11,168 nucleotides of DNA from an uncultured Methanosarcinales archaeon (lineage in GTDB: Archaea > Nanobdellota > Nanobdellia > Woesearchaeales > UBA525): NCBI GenBank assembly GCA_964432865.1, contig CAYSOY010000002.1:17847-29014 (forward strand), in the 5' to 3' direction. The first letter of the stretch is position 1. Each line of letters opens with the position of its first letter. The position numbers and the translations under genes are program-made. The notes beneath the pieces are model-generated. The model did not search any database and was not told the origin of the DNA. It saw nothing but the letters and a program-made list of their open reading frames with translations. This document shows positions 1-5,868 of this stretch, piece by piece.

Positions 1-478
1 TGGTGACTCGGGGCTTTCCCGTGCCGTTGGAATACTCCACCGTCACGTCTTTTATATCTAAACTGTACTCGTGTGAAAGCGTCTCCTCTTCTTCCTCGTG
101 GCACTCTCCGTCGTAGTAGTAAGCGCCGTTTATATCCGTACAGACGCCTCCGCAGTCTACTCCTGTCTCGTCCTGGTTCTGCTCGCCGTCGGAGCAGGTA
201 GCATCTACGCTGTCATCTCCGCTCTCCCCGTCTGAACTGTTGGATTTATTCCTTGAATTATTCTTTGCGCTGTTAGAACTGTTGACTCCGGAAGTTTGGG
301 AAGAGTTGGTAGAAATGTTGGTAAGTGTGGAGCCGGTAAGCGAGGAGCCCTCCATAAGACCCCCTGAATCAAAGAAGTACGCTTTTACCAAGAGAACCGC
401 AAGGAGAGTTATGATAACCCAGTAGATTATCCTCTCCATCGTCCTCTTGCTTACAATTATCTGAATCTGGTCTCCCAT
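1..478 (-). CDS. Secreted or membrane-anchored Cys-containing surface protein, N-terminal part only (3' end runs off the left window edge)
   Basis: Absent from the ORF track because it is open at the window edge. My manual minus-strand translation from ATG 478..476 is MGDQIQIIVSKRTMERIIYWVIITLLAVLLVKAYFFDSGGLMEGSSLTGSTLTNISTNSSQTSGVNSSNSAKNNSRNKSNSSDGESGDDSVDATCSDGEQNQDETGVDCGGVCTDINGAYYYDGECHEEEEETLSHEYSLDIKDVTVEYSNGTGKPRVT, with no stop down to base 1. It has a hydrophobic signal-anchor (IIYWVIITLLAVLLV), a Ser/Asn/Thr linker, then a Cys-spaced module. A TTTATAAA box at 508-515 lies 29 nt upstream of the ATG. An alternative start is ATG 439. Confidence 0.6.
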   Translation of the reverse strand, partial: MGDQIQIIVSKRTMERIIYWVIITLLAVLLVKAYFFDSGGLMEGSSLTGSTLTNISTNSSQTSGVNSSNSAKNNSRNKSNSSDGESGDDSVDATCSDGEQNQDETGVDCGGVCTDINGAYYYDGECHEEEEETLSHEYSLDIKDVTVEYSNGTGKPRVT

Positions 479-507
479 AAATCTCAAACAAAGAAAAGAG
501 AAGGACA

Positions 508-515
508 TTTATAAA
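508..515 (-). promoter_or_regulatory. TATA box (TTTATAAA) for the 1-478 gene
   Basis: Perfect palindromic octamer TTTATAAA 29 nt upstream of ATG 478. The same octamer recurs at 7933-7940 and 8666-8673 at equivalent distances from other first-gene ATGs. Confidence 0.55.
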
Positions 516-678
516 TCTTGCTTTATCAGGAGAAGCAAAAAGATTTCAAAAAAATTAGTGCCGAGTTGATATTAATCTAATAAATCATTACAGATCTTTT
601 GAAAGATTAAAAAAACACTTTCCTACTCCACTAAGAGGTTTCAGACCCATTTTTTCAAAGAAAACAGAAACCACAACT

Positions 679-686
679 TTTAAATA
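679..686 (+). promoter_or_regulatory. TATA box (TTTAAATA) for the coiled-coil gene pair
   Basis: TTTAAATA lies 23 nt upstream of ATG 710. No SD-like purine motif lies between them, consistent with a leaderless archaeal mRNA. Confidence 0.5.
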
Positions 687-709
687 ATCAGTTTGTAAGT
701 TAAGAGAGT

Positions 710-1198
710 ATGGCAGAGCCAAAACTCTTCTCCGGCAATAAAGAGAAAAAGGGTAAGAAGAAGCATAAGAAACATCCGGAACTGAACAGAATAGAGGAGT
801 TCTCCAACAAGATAAACAACACAGCTTCCAGGCTGAGAGTCTTGGAAGAGAGATACCTCAACTTGAGAAAGAAAACGCAGTTGACAGACCAGAACATGAT
901 CGACTTCGAGCAGGATATAAGGAAAGAACTGAAGATGCTGAAGGAGAAAATTCTGAAATCAAAGAAGAGACTGGCAGAGATAGAGAAAAAAGTCGACGAG
1001 ATGGGGTCAGGCGTAGGTGTCAACACCGTGGACAAGCACGAGTTCAGAACGTTCAAGAGATACGTAGAGATGTGGGAGCCGATGAACTTCATAACAAGAG
1101 AAGAAGCAAAGAAACTGATCGAATCAAAGGAGAGAATCAACAGAGAGAACAGAGAAAGAGAGGAGAGCAGAACACAGAAGAAAGAGAAAAAAGAATAA
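710..1198 (+). CDS. Hypothetical coiled-coil protein (162 aa), basic N-terminus, K/E/R-rich tail
   Basis: ATG at 710 with a TATA box at leaderless distance. Composition is a basic N-terminus (KEKKGKKKHKKH), a ~70-residue heptad-like helix (RLRVLEERYLNLRKK...KKRLAEIEKKVDEM), a short hydrophobic motif YVEMWEPMNFI and a charged tail RENREREESRTQKKEKKE. I recognise no enzymatic motif. The equally long antisense ORF 700-1227 is a Ser/Phe/Leu mirror artefact. Confidence 0.7.
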   Translation: MAEPKLFSGNKEKKGKKKHKKHPELNRIEEFSNKINNTASRLRVLEERYLNLRKKTQLTDQNMIDFEQDIRKELKMLKEKILKSKKRLAEIEKKVDEMGSGVGVNTVDKHEFRTFKRYVEMWEPMNFITREEAKKLIESKERINRENREREESRTQKKEKKE

Positions 1199-1300
1199 AG
1201 GAATATAAGAGTCGAAAAAACATACAAAAGAGTTATAAACCAAGAGAGGATTATAAGAAGACAGAGTCAGTAACTAAAAAAAAATTAGAGAGGTGTTAAG

Positions 1301-1933
1301 ATGCCTGAGCCAACAGGAGAGAACAGTTCGAGCAGACTGCCCACTGAAAAGATAAAGAAGATGAAATCCCAGGGGCTGACAAACAACCAGATAATCCAGA
1401 CGCTTCAGAAAGACGGGTACTCTACAACAGAGATATTCAACACGCTGAACGAGTTGGGGATCCAGACAAGCCAAGCAGGGAGTAGTCCAAATAAGAGAAG
1501 GCAGACTGGACAGTCCAACCCGCCAAACCCCTCATCTCAAAACAGAGGCCAGGCAGAGCAGAGCCAAAACCAAGGAAGGTCTGAAAACCCTCCTATCAGC
1601 GACGAAGAACTCATAGAATCACTCATCGAAGAGAAATGGGAGAGCATATCCTCCGACATCCAGAAAGTAATAAAATGGAAAGAGTCCACGGAGGAGAAGA
1701 TAAATAAACTCGAGCAGAAATTCGAAGACCTCGAAGACAGGTTTGACAAACTCCACGAGTCCGTAGTAGGGAAGGTCGGAGAGTACGACCAGAACATCCA
1801 GGAAGTCGGATCTGAAGTCAAAGCCATGGAGAAAGCTTTCAGAAAAGTCCTTCCTAAATTCGTAGAGACCGTGGGGGAACTTTCTAAAATCACCTCTGAA
1901 CTGAAAAAATCTCAAAAGAAGAAAGACAAGTAG
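1301..1933 (+). CDS. Hypothetical protein (210 aa): small N-terminal helical module, Q/N/S/P-rich linker, C-terminal coiled coil
   Basis: ATG 1301 is preceded by GAGGTG (1290-1295) with a 5-nt spacer. The N-terminal module is LPTEKIKKMKSQGLTNNQIIQTLQKDGYSTTEIFNTLNELG. The linker is SQAGSSPNKRRQTGQSNPPNPSSQNRGQAEQSQNQGRSENPP. The C-terminal ~110 aa are heptad-like (KINKLEQKFEDLEDRFDKLHESV...VKAMEKAFRKVLPKFVETVGELSKI). A T5 tract follows the stop codon. Confidence 0.75.
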   Translation: MPEPTGENSSSRLPTEKIKKMKSQGLTNNQIIQTLQKDGYSTTEIFNTLNELGIQTSQAGSSPNKRRQTGQSNPPNPSSQNRGQAEQSQNQGRSENPPISDEELIESLIEEKWESISSDIQKVIKWKESTEEKINKLEQKFEDLEDRFDKLHESVVGKVGEYDQNIQEVGSEVKAMEKAFRKVLPKFVETVGELSKITSELKKSQKKKDK

Positions 1934-1942
1934 AAAGAATAA

Positions 1943-1947
1943 TTTTT
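1943..1947 (+). terminator. T5 tract downstream of the 1301-1933 gene (archaeal oligo-T terminator candidate)
   Basis: The sequence aaTTTTTaag starts 10 nt after the TAG stop at 1931-1933, in a convergent intergenic region. Confidence 0.45.
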
Positions 1948-1977
1948 AAGGGATAACTTTAAGGATTTCTTGAGTCC

Positions 1978-1985
1978 AAAAAAAG
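1978..1985 (-). terminator. T8 tract (minus sense) downstream of the 2010-2717 gene
   Basis: A plus-strand A8 at 1978-1985 is T8 in minus sense, 25 nt after the TAA stop (2010-2012) of the last gene of the membrane-protein operon. Confidence 0.5.
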
Positions 1986-2009
1986 GTTTTCATCAGAGAT
2001 GTTTCTTTT

Positions 2010-2717
2010 TTAATACTCTTTCACTCTCTTGCTCAAGAACATAACCGTGAAAGAGCCTAAGAGGAGTAAGAATAGAAGACCGAGGACTTTGGGATGCACC
2101 AAGGTGTTTATGAAGTTGGTGTTGAAGTCGCCTGTCGCCGTGGCTCCAGGGGTGCCGGGCGTGGGGCCTTCGCCAGAACCTCCTGCTGGCTCACTGCCTT
2201 CTCCTGATGAGACCTTGCCGTCCTGAGACTGAGAAGGACCGATAACCTCGTCTGGTCCTCCCTGCTGAGCCTGGCCCTTGCCGGAAGAATCAGAAGGTCC
2301 CTCAGTTGCTTCAAGAGCCGGCTGTCCAAAAGCGTTGGCCAGTGAGAAGAATACAATAACCACAGATATCACAATAATCCAGGTGTATATCGAGCCGTAC
2401 TTTCCGATCACATCTCTCAAGTCATCGTCTGAAACGTTGAACATTTTCACTACGAACAGCAGGAAGAAGACCACTATAGCGAAGACCACAAACCAAGGGG
2501 TGACGAAAGAAATTATATAGGTCGCGGTCCTGCTCACGACTATAAGAAAAGCCACTGCCAGTGCAATAATACCGTATATGCCAAGCCCTGTTTTTGTGTC
2601 TTCCGTGCCGAAAGGATCCATCCACGTGAGAAGACCCCAGACTATAGAGTATACTAGCAGGAAGATAAATATCGCGCTGAACTTTCCAAGCAGTGATGCT
2701 CCTAAAAACGTCGCCAT
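2010..2717 (-). CDS. Polytopic membrane protein (235 aa) with Gly/Ser/Pro/Thr-rich loop; third gene of the membrane-protein operon
   Basis: ATG 2717 is preceded by GAGG (2729->2726) with an 8-nt spacer. There are about 5 hydrophobic segments (FSAIFIFLLVYSIVWGLL, GIYGIIALAVAFLIVV, YIISFVTPWFVVFAIVVFFLLFVV, IYTWIIVISVVIVFFSL, VLGLLFLLLLGSFTVMFL). A ~65-aa low-complexity loop (EATEGPSDSSGKGQAQQGGPDE...GPTPGTPGATATGD) sits between the last two. The segment ISFVTPWFVV resembles VSFVTSFFVV in the 3395-3967 product. Confidence 0.7.
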   Translation of the reverse strand: MATFLGASLLGKFSAIFIFLLVYSIVWGLLTWMDPFGTEDTKTGLGIYGIIALAVAFLIVVSRTATYIISFVTPWFVVFAIVVFFLLFVVKMFNVSDDDLRDVIGKYGSIYTWIIVISVVIVFFSLANAFGQPALEATEGPSDSSGKGQAQQGGPDEVIGPSQSQDGKVSSGEGSEPAGGSGEGPTPGTPGATATGDFNTNFINTLVHPKVLGLLFLLLLGSFTVMFLSKRVKEY

Positions 2718-2793
2718 TATTATCGCCTCGAGTCAACCTTTACCTTGTCTTACTCGTATTGTATTATACTGATTAATCTTCTACTAAACCTAC

Positions 2794-3390
2794 TTAAGAG
2801 TCTTCCCATCCTTCACCTAATCCTTCTACGAACTTGCTCATACCTGATTTCTCCTCTTTCTCCTCTTTGGTTATAAACCATATAATTACTGCAAAAACAA
2901 GTATTACGACAAGTACTGATCTTATCTCCGGGTTGTTGAGGAAGGAGAGCCACCGAGGGATATTCCAGCCTGCAGCGGAGGCAAAAGAGAGCCCTACTAT
3001 CCCTATCGCCAGAAGAACAGCCCAGCCTGAAAGAGGGGTGTTCCACACCTGCCACTTGCTTCCGAAGACGCCAAGTATTAGCAGAACCATTATTATCCCG
3101 ACTATCGCAAGCGAGATCTGAGGCAGTGCCTGGTTTATTATATTGACTATGTCTCTCTCAGGAGGATAATATCCCATCACGTGAGGGAAGACAACGCTGA
3201 GACCCATTACCAAAGCTATCACAACATTGAAGTTCTTTCTCTCGCCAAGAATCTTCGTCTTCTGAAGCACTGCGTACACAATAGTAAATATCAGTATGAA
3301 AGGCAGGATGACGTCGAAGACGCCCATCCTCTCCAAAACTTCAAATGTATAAAACTGTCCTCCACTGCTGTATCCTTGCATAAAAGCCAT
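2794..3390 (-). CDS. Polytopic membrane protein (198 aa), paralog of the 3395-3967 product
   Basis: ATG 3390 is preceded by AGGAGG (3405->3400) with a 9-nt spacer, lying inside the end of the upstream gene. The shared N-terminal motif is GVFDVILPFILIFTIVYAVLQKTKILG here and GVYDVILPFLLVFTIMYAILEKTKILG in the neighbour. Hydrophobic segments are collinear and both have a charged C-terminal tail (KEEKEEKSG...). Confidence 0.75.
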   Translation of the reverse strand: MAFMQGYSSGGQFYTFEVLERMGVFDVILPFILIFTIVYAVLQKTKILGERKNFNVVIALVMGLSVVFPHVMGYYPPERDIVNIINQALPQISLAIVGIIMVLLILGVFGSKWQVWNTPLSGWAVLLAIGIVGLSFASAAGWNIPRWLSFLNNPEIRSVLVVILVFAVIIWFITKEEKEEKSGMSKFVEGLGEGWEDS

Positions 3391-3394
3391 TTTC

Positions 3395-3967
3395 TCAATC
3401 CTCCTCTTTCTCTTTTTTAGGTTCTTTAACCACGAACATCATAGCTCCAACAACAAGTATTAATAAAATTATCGTTGAAACCATCCTTGTATCCCAATAA
3501 CTTATCATGTAGTTCCACGCGGGGGTCAGCCACCCGAGTGAACTCAGAGTTATCAAGATTATTATTATAAAAGTTATCCATATGAAACTCGACCTCCACC
3601 CTCCTTCCAGAAAGAAGGGCTTCTCTTTTTCTTCGTGGAAACTGCCTACCAAGAGCATGAACATCACGATTATAATCAGCACCAGGGCCACGTTGGCTAC
3701 GAACTGATGTATCATCCCAACGAGTTGCGTACTGGCTACAACAAAGAAAGACGTGACAAAAGAGACCATCGCGTTCAAGTTCTTCCTCGAGACAGTCCTG
3801 TCAGAATCTGATTCGCCGACAACCCTTGCTTCTTCGGTTCCAAGGATCTTGGTCTTCTCAAGAATAGCATACATTATAGTAAATACTAACAAGAAAGGAA
3901 GGATTACATCGTAAACTCCCAGGTCAAAAAGGAACTCCAAAGCTCCTCTGAAAACGCTCTGCTCCAT
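3395..3967 (-). CDS. Polytopic membrane protein (190 aa), first gene of the three-gene membrane-protein operon
   Basis: ATG 3967 has TTTATATAA (4003->3995) 27 nt upstream and no SD, which is leaderless geometry. There are five predicted TM segments and a C-terminal KEPKKEKEED tail. Its stop is 4 nt from the next gene's start. Confidence 0.75.
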   Translation of the reverse strand: MEQSVFRGALEFLFDLGVYDVILPFLLVFTIMYAILEKTKILGTEEARVVGESDSDRTVSRKNLNAMVSFVTSFFVVASTQLVGMIHQFVANVALVLIIIVMFMLLVGSFHEEKEKPFFLEGGWRSSFIWITFIIIILITLSSLGWLTPAWNYMISYWDTRMVSTIILLILVVGAMMFVVKEPKKEKEED

Positions 3968-3994
3968 CTTTATTGTTAAAAACTAAGAAAAACA

Positions 3995-4003
3995 TTATAT
4001 AAA
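3995..4003 (-). promoter_or_regulatory. TATA box (TTTATATAA, minus sense) for the 3967->2010 operon
   Basis: Its position relative to ATG 3967 (27-nt gap) matches the other promoters in the window. Confidence 0.5.
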
Positions 4004-4036
4004 GTTTTCGGGTGGTGAAAAAATAAGGGATAGTTC

Positions 4037-4078
4037 AAAAAGAAGAAGAAAAACAGGGTTAAAGCACTGCAGAAAAAA
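4037..4078 (-). terminator. Cluster of oligo-T tracts (minus sense) downstream of sppA
   Basis: Plus-strand A6 (4073-4078), A5 (4049-4053) and A5 (4037-4041) are T-tracts in minus sense, 48-90 nt after the TGA stop at 4126-4128. They lie immediately upstream of the next promoter. Confidence 0.45.
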
Positions 4079-4125
4079 GGAACTGGTATTCTCTTCGCCC
4101 TCGATTTTTTCAGAGTTCATTCCGT

Positions 4126-5199
4126 TCACTCAAGCATTATTTCCCTCTTCCCGCCTGAGAACCCTACGTTGACTTCAAGGTCTACGAGTTTATCCCAGAA
4201 GGATCTTTTCTGCCTGTAACTCCTGAACTCTACTTCTGTCACGTTCCTCTTCTTCAAGTAAGAGACGACTTCGTCTCTCCCCCCCAGTTGGTCCATGAGG
4301 CCGTTCTTCACAGCCTCTTTTCCGAGGAAGTACTCCCCTGTAGCCAGGTTTTCGACTTCGGAAAGCGAGAGGTTCCTGTTCTCAGAGACTTCGCTGACAA
4401 ACTCCTGCCGGATGGAGTCCAGTTTCTCCTGCAGGAACTCTTTGTCAGACTCCCTCAGTTTTTTCAAAGGAGAGCCTACGTCTTTCTTCTCACCGGATAC
4501 CAGCCTGTTGTAGGAGACGTTGTGCTGTTCTATGAACTCTGCGAAGCCAAGATAACTCCCAGAAACACCTATGCTCCCAGTTATAGACATCCTGTTCGCC
4601 ACTAAGTGGTCTGAGTTGGACGCTATCCAGTACGCTCCGCTGGCGCCGAGTTCTCTTATCCAAGCAACTGTAGGCTTCTCAGTTTTACTTACAGCCTCTC
4701 CTATCTCGTCGCTGGCAACAGGCGTGCCACCAGGAGAGTTGATATCAAGAACTATTGCTTCGATGTCGCTGTTCTCCTCTGCTTTCTCTATCTTCTCAAC
4801 AACACTTGTGGAGGAGACAACGCTCTCTCCGAGAATCCTCTCAGACCCTACGGAGACAGGACCGTTTATCTTTATAAGGGCTACGTTGCCTGTCTTCTCA
4901 GAGACTCCTGAGAGAGTGCCGGTAGCAGTTATTATCAAGGAGAGAAAACTTCCTATAAGAGTCAAAGCAGCCAGTACTGCAACGGTCACGACTATCTTTT
5001 TCTTCAAAGACATCCTGTCAGGCTCCCCTTCCCTCACTCTCTTTTTCTTTGCCCCCCACAACTTACTGCGGGGTTTTGGAGGGGAATCTGAATCTTTCGA
5101 CTCTGCAACATTTTTATCTTTACCACTGCTCTTCTTCTTACTGCTCTTTCTGTCTTCTCTGCTGTTACTGCTCTTCTTTGAGTCTTTCTTTTTCGCCAT
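4126..5199 (-). CDS. sppA: Signal peptide peptidase SppA (peptidase family S49, 36K type) with Lys/Ser-rich N-terminal extension
   Basis: S49 hallmarks are read by eye: IVLDINSPGGTPVASDEI, the Ser-nucleophile context RELGASGAYWIASNSDHLVANRMSITGSIGV, and the Lys context SGEKKDVGSPLKKLRESDKEFLQ. A single TM segment (IVVTVAVLAALTLIGSFLSLIITA) precedes the domain. I prefer ATG 5199 (AGGTGA at 5210->5205, 5-nt spacer) over the track's GTG at 5208. Confidence 0.85.
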   Translation of the reverse strand: MAKKKDSKKSSNSREDRKSSKKKSSGKDKNVAESKDSDSPPKPRSKLWGAKKKRVREGEPDRMSLKKKIVVTVAVLAALTLIGSFLSLIITATGTLSGVSEKTGNVALIKINGPVSVGSERILGESVVSSTSVVEKIEKAEENSDIEAIVLDINSPGGTPVASDEIGEAVSKTEKPTVAWIRELGASGAYWIASNSDHLVANRMSITGSIGVSGSYLGFAEFIEQHNVSYNRLVSGEKKDVGSPLKKLRESDKEFLQEKLDSIRQEFVSEVSENRNLSLSEVENLATGEYFLGKEAVKNGLMDQLGGRDEVVSYLKKRNVTEVEFRSYRQKRSFWDKLVDLEVNVGFSGGKREIMLE

Positions 5200-5233
5200 A
5201 AAAATCACCTTTCCAAATCATTAAGTATTAATC

Positions 5234-5244
5234 AATATATTAAA
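5234..5244 (-). promoter_or_regulatory. Candidate TATA element (TTTAATATATT, minus sense) for sppA
   Basis: This AT-rich box lies 34 nt upstream of ATG 5199. It would give a short leader containing the AGGTGA SD. It is less clean than the other promoters. Confidence 0.3.
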
Positions 5245-5325
5245 TCATCTTTCATTGTCACCGCTTCTCTTCTTCCTCCTGGACTTTTTTTCTTGACTGC
5301 AACGCTATCGACTTCATCGATGCCT

Positions 5326-5361
5326 GGACTTTAGTATGTGGAACTTAGTATGTGGAACTTG
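5326..5361. repeat. Tandem 14-nt direct repeat (TTAGTATGTGGAAC x2 plus partial flanking copies)
   Basis: Positions 5331-5344 and 5345-5358 are identical. Partial copies ggact (5326-5330) and tt (5359-5360) flank them. The repeat abuts the RDD gene stop codon (5362-5364). Confidence 0.8.
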
Positions 5362-5844
5362 TTAACTCTGGTGCGTAATTGTCTGCACCGTGCTTGTGCC
5401 TGTAAGCCCCTCCAAAAACCGTTCTTTCTTGAAAATTAAGTAGAGAGGCTCCACGACCCAGAGTATTGCGAAAGGAAAAACTGGGATGAAATGGAGGTTT
5501 CTCAAAACCGCTTTCCAGAACCCGAGGTCTTCCTTGACTCTTATATTCATTATCATCATACCCACGGTCCTGCCTATCAAGTACTGCTGGAGGACGAAGT
5601 ACGATACTGCGAGTGAAGAGAGAACAATCAAAGCAGAGTAGGTGTCTGAGGAAAGGACTGCCTGGGTGGAGAGGAACTTAGAAGGATCGTACCGCAGGAA
5701 GAATGACTCAAAAGGTATCATGATAGTAAAGTCTAGTACTAAGAGGTCTAAGATGAGAGCGAACGTTCTCCTCCAGAAACCCGCGTCTCTCTCAAAATAT
5801 CTGGTCTTCGGCAGGTTTAAATCTGCGAAAAGTTTCTTGCTCAT
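5362..5844 (-). CDS. RDD-family integral membrane protein
   Basis: The RDD signature is FWRRTFALILDLLVLDF (R..D..D context), together with the typical IGRTVGMMIMNIRV segment and 3 hydrophobic segments. The maximal ORF starts at ATG 5868, but a TATA-like box (5869-5876) directly abuts that codon. ATG 5844 (MSKKLFADL...) lies 24 nt downstream of the box, so I prefer it. Confidence 0.75.
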   Translation of the reverse strand: MSKKLFADLNLPKTRYFERDAGFWRRTFALILDLLVLDFTIMIPFESFFLRYDPSKFLSTQAVLSSDTYSALIVLSSLAVSYFVLQQYLIGRTVGMMIMNIRVKEDLGFWKAVLRNLHFIPVFPFAILWVVEPLYLIFKKERFLEGLTGTSTVQTITHQS

Positions 5845-5868
5845 ACTACTGTGGAAAGAGAGACTCAT

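Noticed and set aside
240-425. 61-aa plus-strand ORF (TTG start) in the ORF track
   Set aside because: It lies antisense to the open minus-strand frame, which has a TATA box, a signal-anchor and continuous coding to the window edge. It also has a non-ATG start and no promoter or SD.
479-709. Search for tRNA, C/D-box sRNA or other small RNA genes in this and the other spacers (3968-4125, 5200-5361, 5869-5984, 7908-8042, 8643-8802)
   Set aside because: I found no cloverleaf-compatible GC-rich stems and no RUGAUGA...CUGA box pairs at sRNA spacing. The spacers are mostly AT-rich promoter and terminator DNA. A covariance-model scan would be needed to exclude small RNAs formally.
700-1227. 175-aa minus-strand ORF fully overlapping the 710-1198 coiled-coil gene
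   Set aside because: Its product is a Ser/Phe/Leu low-complexity mirror image of a Lys/Glu-rich (AAG/GAA) gene. It has no TATA box or SD at its start. The plus-strand gene has proper promoter geometry and heptad structure.
1072-1299. 75-aa K/E/R-rich ORF in another frame bridging the two coiled-coil genes; possible programmed frameshift at the A-runs (for example GAAAAAAG near 1185, A9 at 1276-1284)
   Set aside because: Any frame of this purine-rich DNA stays open and encodes K/E/R. There is no slippery heptamer plus downstream structure. The 162-aa protein already ends in a natural charged tail, and the second gene has its own strong SD. A sequencing-error frameshift at the A9 run cannot be excluded without reads, but nothing requires it.
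1537-1915. Two minus-strand ORFs (118 and 98 aa) antisense to the 1301-1933 gene
   Set aside because: These are low-complexity Ser/Phe/Leu antisense artefacts with no expression signals.
2029-2772. Several 64-104-aa ORFs on both strands overlapping the 2010-2717 membrane-protein gene
   Set aside because: They are out-of-frame or antisense pieces. Only the 235-aa frame gives coherent TM segments, an SD-preceded ATG and a terminator.
2010-5199. Treating sppA and the three membrane-protein genes as one operon or system
   Set aside because: A cluster of T-tracts (4037-4078) and a separate TATA box (3995-4003) lie between them, so they appear to be independent transcription units. A functional link is only a neighbourhood hypothesis.
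4288-5224. Plus-strand ORFs (72, 105 and 217 aa) antisense to sppA
   Set aside because: The minus frame carries unmistakable S49 peptidase motifs. The antisense products are Ser/Leu/Phe-rich with no signals.
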